Positions 43,316 to 51,868 of a stretch of DNA of 64,000 bases are shown here, in pieces. Position 1 is the first letter of the stretch. The number at the start of each line of letters is the position of its first letter. Source of the DNA: an uncultured Planctomycetaceae bacterium (GTDB lineage: Bacteria > Planctomycetota > Planctomycetia > Pirellulales > PALSA-1355); assembly GCA_963791755.1 (NCBI GenBank), contig CAWBTK010000006.1, forward strand, positions 351,978 through 415,977, written 5' to 3'. Under the pieces are notes generated by a model. The model worked only from the letters and a program-made list of their open reading frames with translations, made no database searches and had not been told where the DNA came from. Position numbers and translations under genes: made by a program.

Positions 43316-44716
43316 ATGTCGCTCCTGAAATCCATCGCGGCCGAACTGGTCGAGTTTGTCGGCGGCGGAATCGCGCCGATCTATGTGCTCGACGACGCGC
43401 GTCGCATCGTCTATTGCAACACGGCCTGCGCGGTGGGCCGGCGCCAAAATCTCGGATCTCATCGGCCAGACGTGCGCGTTCCACACACCCGACGAGCAGG
43501 ATGGCCCGGCGGCCATCGCGGCCGCGCTGTGTCCGCCCCCCAAGGTGTTTGCCGGACAAGGCAGAAGCGCGCTCATTAGCTGCCGCCGGTCGGACGGCAA
43601 CGTCGTGCATCGCCAGGGACATTTTTTTCCCCTCGACGACGGCCAGGACGAAAGCTCGCCGGTCCTGGTGGTTCTCGACCGTCTCGACGCTTCCCCCTCG
43701 CTTGTGCCGGGCGCCGACGGCCAGGCGGACGACGGCTCGCCCGAATTACAGCTTCACGAACAATTGCGCCGTTTGCGGCTGTCGATGGCCGGGCGGTTTC
43801 ATGCCGACAGCCTGTTGGGAAATCATCCCTGGATCGCTAGAGCGCAGGCGCAGATCGCGCTGGCCGCGCAAACCCGGGCCAACGTGCTTTGCACTGGCCC
43901 CCAAGGCGCCGGCAAGGCGCATGCCGCCAGGGCAATTCACTACTCCCAGCGCGAGAGCGGCCATTTCGTGCCGCTGTCGTGCGCGGTTTTGGAGCCGAAT
44001 TCGCTGCGGGCTTCGCTCCGTTCGCTGTGGCTGAAACACTCCGCGACGACCAGCCAGGCAGCGACGTTGCTGTTGGAGGAAGTCGACCAATTGCCCACCG
44101 AGGCCCAGGAAGAGCTCATCGGCCTGTTGCGATCGGGCGCGCCCGGCGTGCGAGTCGTGGCCACGACCGACAAACGGGTGCCCGAGCTGATCGCGGCGGG
44201 CGAGTTCTCCAGCGACCTGGCCGGACTGCTCAGCACGATCACGATCGAGTTGCCGCCGCTCGGCGAACGCGGCGGCGATGTTCCGCTATTGGCGCAGTCG
44301 TTTTTGGAAGACGCCAACGCCGCGGGAATCAAACAAGTCGGCGGGTTCTCGACCGACGCCATGGAGGGGTTGCTGGCCTATCCCTGGCCCGGCAATGTGG
44401 ACGAGCTTCGCGAGTTGGTCCGCCAGGCGCACGAGAGAGCCCAGGGCGGCGAGGTGACGGCCCAGGACCTGCCCGAAAAGATCGGCTGGGCGGCCGATGC
44501 CACCGCTCACCCGCGCCGCGGCGACGACCCGATAGTATTGGAAGAATTTCTCTCGGGCGTGGAAAAAGAACTGATCACCCGCGCCTGCGGCGGGCCAAGG
44601 GCAACAAGAGCAAGGCGGCGAGGCTTCTGGGCCTGACGCGTCCGCGGTTGTATCGCCGCCTGGTCCAACTGGGGTTGGAAAAGGCGACCGGCAAGGGGCT
44701 CGACGCGAAACCTTAA
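43316..44716 (+). CDS. Enhancer-binding-protein-like regulator (PAS-like - AAA+ without a GAFTGA loop - Fis HTH); 2 frame breaks (~43430, ~44585)
   Basis: Contains GPQGAGKAHAARAIH (Walker A), LLLEEVDQL (Walker B-like), WPGNVDELRELV and KSKAARLLGLTRPRLYRRL. A CCC instead of CC at 44584-44585 restores ELITRALRRAKGNKS. Confidence 0.75.
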
Positions 44717-44775
44717 ACCGTGCGCCGAACTGCCGCTCGATGCGCGGGTTGTTAAAACCACTTGGGAGCCCTACG

Positions 44776-45207
44776 ATGAACACGCCGAAAGTCATTGTTT
44801 GCGAGCGCGGCCGAAAGTGGGCCCTGGCGCTCGCACGCCATCTGCCCGCCCCGAGCATCCTGCGGCAAACTCGCGGTTTGAAAGAGGCGCGGGCCGAGTT
44901 GAACAGTGCTCCGGCCAGCTTGCTGGTCTTGGAGCTGACGGCCGAGAATCGCTCGGGCTTGTTGACGCTGTTGGATGACCTGGGCAACCGATTTCCACTG
45001 GCTCGCTCGGCGATTCTGGCGGATGCGGACATGAAAGATCACGAGTGGCTCCTGCGCGAGGCGGGCGCGGCGTTCTTCTCGACCTCGGTTCGCGATTGCC
45101 GGTCGCTCGCGCGGTTGGCCGATCGACACCTGAGCGGGCTTGTTTCGCCGCGGGTCGATCTGGTCGCCCAGATTTGGGATTCGCTCCCGTGGGGCGAGAG
45201 CCGATAA
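44776..45207 (+). CDS. Hypothetical protein with a receiver-domain-like alternating pattern but no phospho-acceptor Asp (pseudo-receiver?)
   Basis: Starts at ATG 44776; 143 aa. KVIVCER..., SLLVLEL and RSAILAD occupy the positions of the REC beta1/beta3/beta4 strands. This is pattern reading only. Confidence 0.4.
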   Translation: MNTPKVIVCERGRKWALALARHLPAPSILRQTRGLKEARAELNSAPASLLVLELTAENRSGLLTLLDDLGNRFPLARSAILADADMKDHEWLLREAGAAFFSTSVRDCRSLARLADRHLSGLVSPRVDLVAQIWDSLPWGESR

Positions 45208-45279
45208 GTCACGCCGCTAGCGGCGCGACCGTCGGGATTTGTTTTTCTTGCAATGCGACAACGATAAGGATTACCTCGG

Positions 45280-46356
45280 ATGGCCGGCAAGCAATGGGAT
45301 AAGGCCGCGGTTCTCGCCGCGGCCAGTGAGTTCAACGATCCGGAAACGGGTCGCTCCGTGGTCGAAAACGGACAAGTTCGCGACGTGGCGATCGACGGCC
45401 AGGCAATTCGACTGACCCTGGCGCTGTCGACCCATTCGGCCATTCTCAGCCTCGAAGCTCGCGACCAACTGGCCAGCTTGCTGTCGTCTCGATTCCCAGC
45501 GCCAACGTCACGGTCGAGTTGGCCAGCTTCCATCGGCCGGCCGAAAAAATCGGACAGATCGGTCTGGCCTGCAAAAGCGTCGTGGCCGTGGGTTCGGGCA
45601 AGGGCGGAGTCGGCAAAAGCACGATCGCCGCCAGCGTGGCGCTCGGTCTGGCGAAAGCCGGCAGCGTCGTGGGACTGATGGACGCCGACGTTTACGGCCC
45701 CAGCATTCCGCACCTGTTGGGCGTCAATCGACGGCCCGAGGTCGTTGAGAATCGCATTCAGCCGATCGAGGTCGGCGGAGTCAAAGTCATTTCAATGGGT
45801 TTCCTGGTGCCGCCGGGCGAGGCGGTCGTATGGCGCGGCCCGATGTTGCACGGCGCGATCACCCAGTTCCTCCGCGACACGGCCTGGGGCGAGTTGGATT
45901 ACCTGATCATCGATATGCCGCCCGGGACCGGCGACATCGCCCTGACCCTTTCGCAGTTGCTGCCGCTTTCCGGCGCCGTGGTCGTTTGCACCCCGCAGGA
46001 TGTGGCGCTGCTCGATGCGGTCAAGGCCATCGCGATGTTTCGCAAGGTCAACATTCCGATCCTGGGAATGGTCGAGAACATGAGCGGCTTCGTTTGTCCC
46101 GACTGCAACAAGCGGTATGACATCTTTGGCAGTGGCGGCGCGAAGCTGCGCAGTCGAGTTGGACATTCCGTTTCTGGGCGACGTGCCGATTCAAATCAAC
46201 ATTCGCACTGCCGGCGACGCGGGCCGCACCGCCGAGACTCTGGACGACGCCGCAACCGGCCCGTACCTGCGCACAATCTGCGAAAACCTGGTGCGAAATC
46301 TGCCCCGGATGAAAGCCGAATCGGGCCCGCTGCCGACCCTGGCGGTCGGCCCGTAA
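45280..46356 (+). CDS. apbC: Fe-S cluster carrier ATPase Mrp/ApbC; 2 frame breaks (~45496, ~46147)
   Basis: N-terminal DUF59-like region, then VVAVGSGKGGVGKST, DMPPGTGD and CPDCNKRYDIFG. A C4 run instead of C3 at 45495-45497 restores ...RFPSANVTVELASF... Confidence 0.85.
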
Positions 46357-46411
46357 GTGGTTTCCTGTTTTAAGCTTGCGTCGCGCGAGAATCCCTCGTT
46401 ACCAAAAAATT

Positions 46412-46446
46412 AGAGCCGCTCGGATCGCTGGGATCCGAGCGGCTCT
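46412..46446. terminator. Bidirectional intrinsic terminator (perfect 15-bp stem)
   Basis: AGAGCCGCTCGGATC-gctgg-GATCCGAGCGGCTCT, flanked by AAAAAA (46404-46409) on the left and TTTCTCGTT on the right. It serves apbC (+) and the Lys-rich micro-ORF (-). Confidence 0.8.
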
Positions 46447-46533
46447 TTCTCGTTGTATCCAGTTGCGCTGCGGCTCAGAGTTGCTGAGCCATTGTCAGCG
46501 GCAGTGCGGCGCTGTCGCGCTCGCTAAGCAAAA

Positions 46534-46614
46534 CTACTTCTTCTTCTTCTTCTTGGTCGCCTTCTTCTTGGGAGCAGCCTTCTTAGCAGCGGCTTTCTTC
46601 TTCTTCTTGGCCAC
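46534..46614 (-). CDS. 26-aa poly-Lys/Ala micro-protein MAKKKKKAAAKKAAPKKKATKKKKKK (not in the ORF track)
   Basis: On the minus strand: AGGAGG (46627-46622), a 7-nt spacer, GTG 46614-46612, 25 sense codons, then TAG 46536-46534. The terminator hairpin plus T-run lies about 85 nt downstream. Confidence 0.55.
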   Translation of the reverse strand: MAKKKKKAAAKKAAPKKKATKKKKKK

Positions 46615-47048
46615 AGTCCGTCCTCCTAAAAAAGTTTCGGCAAGATCCGTCTCGGTGACTTCCTAGTCACGTGTGCTCCGAGCGAGTCCCACCCTGAACA
46701 AAAACTAAAGGCTCTCGCGGCAAAACGTTTCCGATGTGCTCGCGAGAAAACCTAACACACGCAAGTTCAGGAAAGATCTGAATAGTAGTTGTACAAATTC
46801 CGCAAGTTTGTGCAACATGATTTCGCACAAAACTTGACTTTCGCGAAAATTTTTTTCCGACTCCGCCGCGCAAAGTTTTTGTCAAACGCACCACGTGCGC
46901 GATGCGGCACCGCGCCGGCGCTCGCATCACTCTCGATCGCGCCGAACAAATCGAAGTCGCTTCTTCGCGCTTGAACGCGCACGCGCCTTAGCCGCGAGAT
47001 TCGTCGCGCGCGATGCCGCGCGACCGCGCGCGCGCAACTCTTGCGCGC

Positions 47049-47859
47049 TCAATAGATAGCGATCGTCGTGCCATCCGCCAGCCGCGCGCTGGGTTGTGCT
47101 CGACGCTGCTCAAACCCCAGAAAATAGCGGTGAAACGGCGTTCTTGAGTGTAAGTACGCGGCTCGCAAAAGCGATCGTCGCGCCGGAGCGAGCGCCGCCC
47201 GCGCGGGCCGTTCGGCCGTCAAGATTTCATGCCACGCCGTCGTCATGTGGCGCGCGCGAATATGAATCGGATCGATTCCGTACCATGCCGCGCGCGGTCC
47301 CACGACGCGAAAGCCGCGCGCCTCGGCCAGCCCGCGCACGCGCTCGTCGAGCGCTCGCGCACGCTGGCCCACTTCCTGAAAACTAATCCGGCTGCTCGGA
47401 AAAAAAATTGTTCGTAAAATCCGAAATCGGGCCGCCGAGAGCCTCTCCAGGTTCTCCAACGGCAGCAAAGTGACCACGGTCTGCGCCCGAGATCGGCCAA
47501 CCGGTCGAGACACGTCTCGACCCAACCGACGATTCGTTCAACCGGCTCGTGGTACAAAAGATCGTTGCCGATATCCGTTACTACCGCGGCGGTCGGCAGC
47601 GCATCCCGCGCGGCCAGCTCCGACCACAACCCGCAGTCGAGGATCCCCGGCAGTTGCCGGCCCAGCATTCGAGTCGAGCGGCCGTACGAGCGGCCGCGTC
47701 CCAGCGCCACGAACATCTCCAGGGGCGCCCCCAGGCGACCTGGGCCCTTTCCACCACGGTTGGCAAGCCGCGGGCCAGGTTGCTCGCGCCGAGGATGACC
47801 ACGCGGCGGGTGGCGGCGGCCGGCGCGGGCCGCTCGGCCCCGGGCGAGGAGGACCTCAT
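47049..47859 (-). CDS. SGNH/GDSL-like hydrolase-fold protein; 2 frame breaks (~47500, ~47735)
   Basis: Contains VVILGASNL (block I), VTDIGNDLLY (block III) and GIDPIHI (block V). The ATG 47859-47857 overlaps the upstream stop (ATGA). Confidence 0.6.
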
Positions 47860-48596
47860 CGGTACCGTCCGCCCCCCGCGCCAATCGCCTGCAGGGTCGA
47901 ATAGCTGGTATAGGCCAGGTAAGCGAAGAAAAACGCGATGTATTTCTCGTTCAGCCGGGTGAACGCCACTACGGCCACCGCCGCGGCCACGATCACCGAC
48001 AACCATAGCGATTGCCGCAAGCTGTCGGCCGGACTGGCCAGTCCGAATAGCTCTCGCGATATCTGGCCGCCATCCAGTGGATAGACCGGCAGCAAGTTCA
48101 CCAGTCCCCAAAAAATGTTCACGTACAACAAGTCGACGATGACCATGTTCAATTGATCGGATTCGAAGAACTCGAATCGAACTGGCAGCATCGAGCCGAA
48201 CCGCCAGCCAAAAACCACCTGGTGACCCGCCGCGGCAATCGCGGCGACGATCAATCCCGCGAACAGAAAGCCCGCGGCCGGCCCGGCGGCCGTGATCAAA
48301 ATCTGGGCGCTCGCGCTGCGGTACGTCGGCTGATACGACGCCAATCCGCCAAAACCGTGCAGCGTGATGTGTGGCGGCCAGCCGTACGCTCGCGCCGTCA
48401 GGGCGTGTCCCAATTCGTGAATCAGAATCGAAACGAATACCGTGCCTACCCATAACAACATGGCGGCCGGCTTCTGATTGCCGCTCAAACCGAACAGCAA
48501 CGCCACGCCCCAAAACAGCGGATGCACGCGAACCGGTATTCCCAGTACGCTGAAACGCAAGTCGTAGGCGCTTTGAGGAGGTTCTGCGAGTAGCAC
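47856..48596 (-). CDS. M50 (site-2 protease) family membrane metalloprotease
   Basis: Intact 246 aa. Contains ILIHELGHALTA and NLLPVYPLDGG, and is multi-TM. Confidence 0.85.
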   Translation of the reverse strand: MLLAEPPQSAYDLRFSVLGIPVRVHPLFWGVALLFGLSGNQKPAAMLLWVGTVFVSILIHELGHALTARAYGWPPHITLHGFGGLASYQPTYRSASAQILITAAGPAAGFLFAGLIVAAIAAAGHQVVFGWRFGSMLPVRFEFFESDQLNMVIVDLLYVNIFWGLVNLLPVYPLDGGQISRELFGLASPADSLRQSLWLSVIVAAAVAVVAFTRLNEKYIAFFFAYLAYTSYSTLQAIGAGGGRYR

Positions 48597-48765
48597 GCGC
48601 TGTTCCGTTTTGCAGCCGCCCGCTTCGGTAGCGAGAGCGGCGAAGATGGAAACCTGGAATCGGGGCAGGGGGGCGACTCCCTGATCTTAGCACAAACGGG
48701 CCGCCGACCTAGCGACTCTGCCGCCCGATGAACGATGTCCACGTCGATCACCCCGACCGCGACCC

Positions 48766-50031
48766 CTAGGCCGCCGCGCTTTGCACCGCGACTGGCGCGG
48801 CAGCCGAACGACGGGGTGTAAAGTGCGGCCGTAATTCGCGCCTGGGCCGCGCGGCGAGCTGATCGAGAATATAGCTGGCCGCGGTGCTCGAAGCCCCGCC
48901 CTGAGCGACTTCCGTCTTCAAGGCTTCCAATCGCTCGACCAGCCGCGCTCGCTCCTGGTGGTCCGTCAACCAATGCACGATGTGCCGGGCCAACTGCTGC
49001 GACTTGTCCTCGCATGTCAGGTACTCGGGAAACAACACGTGCTCCTCATCCTTCGAGTCGGGATCGTAGGGCGTCGTGTCCTTCGGAAAAAGTTCGTCGG
49101 TCGTGAGCAGATTGACCAGCGTGATGTATTTCACGCGGCGGAATCGCTTCTGCACGGCAAAAGCCAACGGCGAAATCCAATACAAGATCGCGGTCGGCTT
49201 GGTCTGGTAGAGCAGTTCCAGCGAGACCGATCCGGAAACGGCCAGGCAACATTCGGCCAGGTGGATCAACTCCGGGGTGCGGCGGACGAAGACTTCGACC
49301 GGCAGTCCGCTTTGCTTCACCGCTTCGCGGGCAATTTGAGCCTGATGCGGTTTGAAACTGGCGACGGCAAATCGCACCTCGGGCACCTGCTTCTGAATCA
49401 ATCGCGCGGCGGCGAGAAAATGCTTCAGGTTGTGCACGACTTCTTGCGTGCGCGAGCCCGGCAGAATCGCCACCAGGGGTCGCTTGGGGTCTTGGTGCTT
49501 TTGCACGAATTGCTGGTCTAGCTCCTGCCGCCGCACTTCGTCGAAGTAGGGATGGCCGACAAACACGCCGCGGCAGCCGCGCTCCGCGAACCACTTGGCC
49601 TCGAAGGGCAGACTGCACAGCACGTGGTCGACGAAGCGTCGCATTTTTTTGATCCGCCAACTGGCCCAGGCCCAAATCTGCGGCGGCGCGTAATAGAACA
49701 CCGGAATGCCGTGCGCCTTGGCCCGCCGCGCGATCCACCAGTTGAAGCCCGGATAGTCGATGAGCACCACGGCGTCGGGGCGATGGTGCCGAAAGTAGCG
49801 ATCGGCCCGCCCGGCCAAGGCCAGAAACTTATGGATGTTGAGCAGCACCCGCAGGAACCACATCACGGCCAGGGCGGTCAGATCGACGTGCAGTTGACAG
49901 CCGGCACTGGCCATCTCGGGTCCGCCGTAGCCGACGGCCTCGAAACCGGGCGAACGCCGCGACAGCTCGCGTATCAGGTTGGCGCCGTGCAGATCGCCGC
50001 TCGGTTCTCCAGCGGAAAAGAAGATTTTCAT
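48766..50031 (-). CDS. lpxB: Lipid-A-disaccharide synthase
   Basis: Intact 421 aa. Contains MKIFFSAGEPSGDLHGANLI, VLIDYPGFN, LPGSRTQEV and SGSVSLEL. Confidence 0.88.
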   Translation of the reverse strand: MKIFFSAGEPSGDLHGANLIRELSRRSPGFEAVGYGGPEMASAGCQLHVDLTALAVMWFLRVLLNIHKFLALAGRADRYFRHHRPDAVVLIDYPGFNWWIARRAKAHGIPVFYYAPPQIWAWASWRIKKMRRFVDHVLCSLPFEAKWFAERGCRGVFVGHPYFDEVRRQELDQQFVQKHQDPKRPLVAILPGSRTQEVVHNLKHFLAAARLIQKQVPEVRFAVASFKPHQAQIAREAVKQSGLPVEVFVRRTPELIHLAECCLAVSGSVSLELLYQTKPTAILYWISPLAFAVQKRFRRVKYITLVNLLTTDELFPKDTTPYDPDSKDEEHVLFPEYLTCEDKSQQLARHIVHWLTDHQERARLVERLEALKTEVAQGGASSTAASYILDQLAARPRRELRPHFTPRRSAAAPVAVQSAAA

Positions 50032-50074
50032 GTGGCTATCGGGTCCCGGGTGTCGTTCGAGGCGAGCGCTCTGG

Positions 50075-50863
50075 TCATGCCGATTCGAGGCGGTCGGTGT
50101 CGACCGCTTCGGCGATTCCGCTTCGCGGCGCGAGCCGGACGCGCGCGGCGGCGCGGTCGGTCGGCATCCGCGGCGTGGTCCGTTCGCCGCGCGCGAGTTC
50201 CCTGGCCAGGTGCGGTTCGTAGCGCCGGTCCAGCCAGCCGCCGGCCAGTCGCTCCAGTAGCCCCGGCTGGTAGATCGATCCGCGCGGCGTCGCCCCTTCG
50301 ATCAGTTTCAACCGGCCGACGCGAAATCCGCGCCGGGCCACCAGGCTCGGCAACATGCGAAACGCGCCGCGCGTGGGGCCTAGCCCAGCCACGGCTTCGC
50401 GCCGCGCGGCCCACAGAAACCCTTCGCTCGACATGAGCTGAGCGCTGCCGGCCAGCGAGCGGGCGACCCGCGACAGCCGTTCGCCGAGCTCCCTGCGGCC
50501 CGAGACGAATTGCGCGAAGACGAAGTCGTACTGCGATAGCCGCGAGATCAATTGCGCGATCAGGTGCGGCGCCCCGCTGGCCTGCGAGTCCATGGCGATC
50601 AGCAGGTCGCCCCGCGAAGCCGCGATGGCCGCCGAAAGCGCGGCGCTCACGCCGCGCGGTTGGTCGAAACGCAACAGCCGCAGCGCCGGGTAGCCGAGCG
50701 GCAAGCGATCGAGGCCATTTCCATCAGCCGCCGAGGCGTCGTCCACGCAGATGATCTCATAGGGCAAGATCAGTCGTTCGAGCGCCTGGCACAAGCCTGG
50801 CACGAGGCGCGTCACGCCGGCAGTTGCATCCCGCGCGGGGATCAAGACTGAATAGTGAACCAT
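50075..50863 (-). CDS. Family 2 glycosyltransferase
   Basis: Intact 262 aa. Contains YSVLIPARD...EIICVDDAS...RGVSAALSAAI. Confidence 0.75.
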   Translation of the reverse strand: MVHYSVLIPARDATAGVTRLVPGLCQALERLILPYEIICVDDASAADGNGLDRLPLGYPALRLLRFDQPRGVSAALSAAIAASRGDLLIAMDSQASGAPHLIAQLISRLSQYDFVFAQFVSGRRELGERLSRVARSLAGSAQLMSSEGFLWAARREAVAGLGPTRGAFRMLPSLVARRGFRVGRLKLIEGATPRGSIYQPGLLERLAGGWLDRRYEPHLARELARGERTTPRMPTDRAAARVRLAPRSGIAEAVDTDRLESA

Positions 50864-51142
50864 CGTAGCAGCCCTGCTACTTTGCCGGCCGTTTCCATTA
50901 CGCGCTTTGCCGCGAGCTTGTGGTTCTCTCGTCGCGCGTCAAGCACGCGAGAACGAACCTGCCGACCGAGCGCGTTGAAACGGCCTTCGAGCCAAATCCA
51001 TCGGCCATTCCTGGTGCGCGAAGTATCGGAAACCGAGGGGCTTCCGTAAAGGGCAGTTTGAGCGATCGCGGCCGGCGAGCGCGTCGGGACGGTCAGCAAA
51101 AACGTCCGTGAATCGTCGACAAAAAAAGACTTTGCTCGGCGC

Positions 51143-51180
51143 AAAAAACGGGAGCGTTCCAAGCTGGTGGAACGCTCCCG
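51143..51180 (-). terminator. Intrinsic terminator of the YHS-repeat gene
   Basis: A perfect 13-bp stem CGGGAGCGTTCCA / TGGAACGCTCCCG (51149-51161 / 51168-51180). On the minus strand it is followed by TTTTTT (plus-strand A-run 51143-51148). Confidence 0.8.
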
Positions 51181-51210
51181 CCAATGAACACGGATTCCGG
51201 TCCGTTTGTA

Positions 51211-51648
51211 TTACTTCTTGGCCGGCTCGTAGCCCTTGGAGGTATCGCTCAAGAGCAAGTTGACTTGCTCGTCGCCGCTGACCTTCGTGGCCTTGGCCAG
51301 GCAACCGCCACAGCACAACGCAACCTTCACGCCGGCGATTTCGACCGACTTGTCGGCAGCCATCGGGCGGCCGGTCAACGGGCATTTGACTTGCGTCAAC
51401 TGGCCGCTCTGAATGAGTTGCAAATTCGCCTTGCCGGCGAACTTGGCCGGATTGGCGTTAAACGCCTTGGGGCAGTTCTCGCAGCAGAACTCAACCTTGC
51501 CACCGTTGAAGTCCACTGTCTTGTCGGCTTTGGCGGCTTGGCCAGAGACCGGGCACTTCAAAGCCGGCTTTTCGTCGGCGGCACGCAGCGAATTAGCCAC
51601 AACCAAAGCCAGGACGGCGAGTCCTGCAACAGCAAAGCGATTCTTCAT
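51211..51648 (-). CDS. Secreted protein with two YHS/TRASH-like Cys modules
   Basis: Starts at ATG 51648 with a signal peptide (MKNRFAVAGLAVLALVVANSLRA). The two repeats are KCPVSGQAAKADKTVDFNGGKVEFCCENCPKAF and KCPLTGRPMAADKSVEIAGVKVALCCGGCLAKA. Confidence 0.65.
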   Translation of the reverse strand: MKNRFAVAGLAVLALVVANSLRAADEKPALKCPVSGQAAKADKTVDFNGGKVEFCCENCPKAFNANPAKFAGKANLQLIQSGQLTQVKCPLTGRPMAADKSVEIAGVKVALCCGGCLAKATKVSGDEQVNLLLSDTSKGYEPAKK

Positions 51649-51703
51649 GGCGATAGTCCTTTCGAATAGGTGTCCGGAACCGTGGTCCACAGTTTAGCGA
51701 TTC

Positions 51704-51724
51704 ATTGCTCGCAATGCGAGCAAT
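51704..51724. promoter_or_regulatory. Perfect 21-bp palindrome (operator candidate) upstream of the YHS-repeat gene
   Basis: ATTGCTCGCA-a-TGCGAGCAAT, located 56-76 nt upstream of ATG 51648 on the minus strand. Confidence 0.5.
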
Positions 51725-51868
51725 TAGGTATCCAAAGCGAAGTTTATCGATCCGGCGCCAGCGACCGGTTTTGCCGGCCGTAGCACCTCAAGCGGCAGTA
51801 TTTTCGGCCACCGGAAGCCGGAAAGTCAAGCATCTTTGCCCAATCGTAACAGATTTGCAAGAATCGTA

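Noticed and set aside
41575-44034. 819-aa ORF suggesting a NuoN-regulator fusion
   Set aside because: After about residue 495 the translation is junk, out of frame with both the GC3-rich NuoN tail that stops at 43148 and the downstream EBP-like gene. The read-through is caused by a single frame break near 43060.
46376-46666. 96-aa plus-strand ORF with a poly-Phe/Leu stretch (…NYFFFFFLVAFFLGAAFLAAAFFFFLA…)
   Set aside because: It is the complement of the (AAG)n Lys-rich micro-ORF and runs through the terminator hairpin. It has no RBS, whereas the minus-strand reading has an SD, a start and a terminator.
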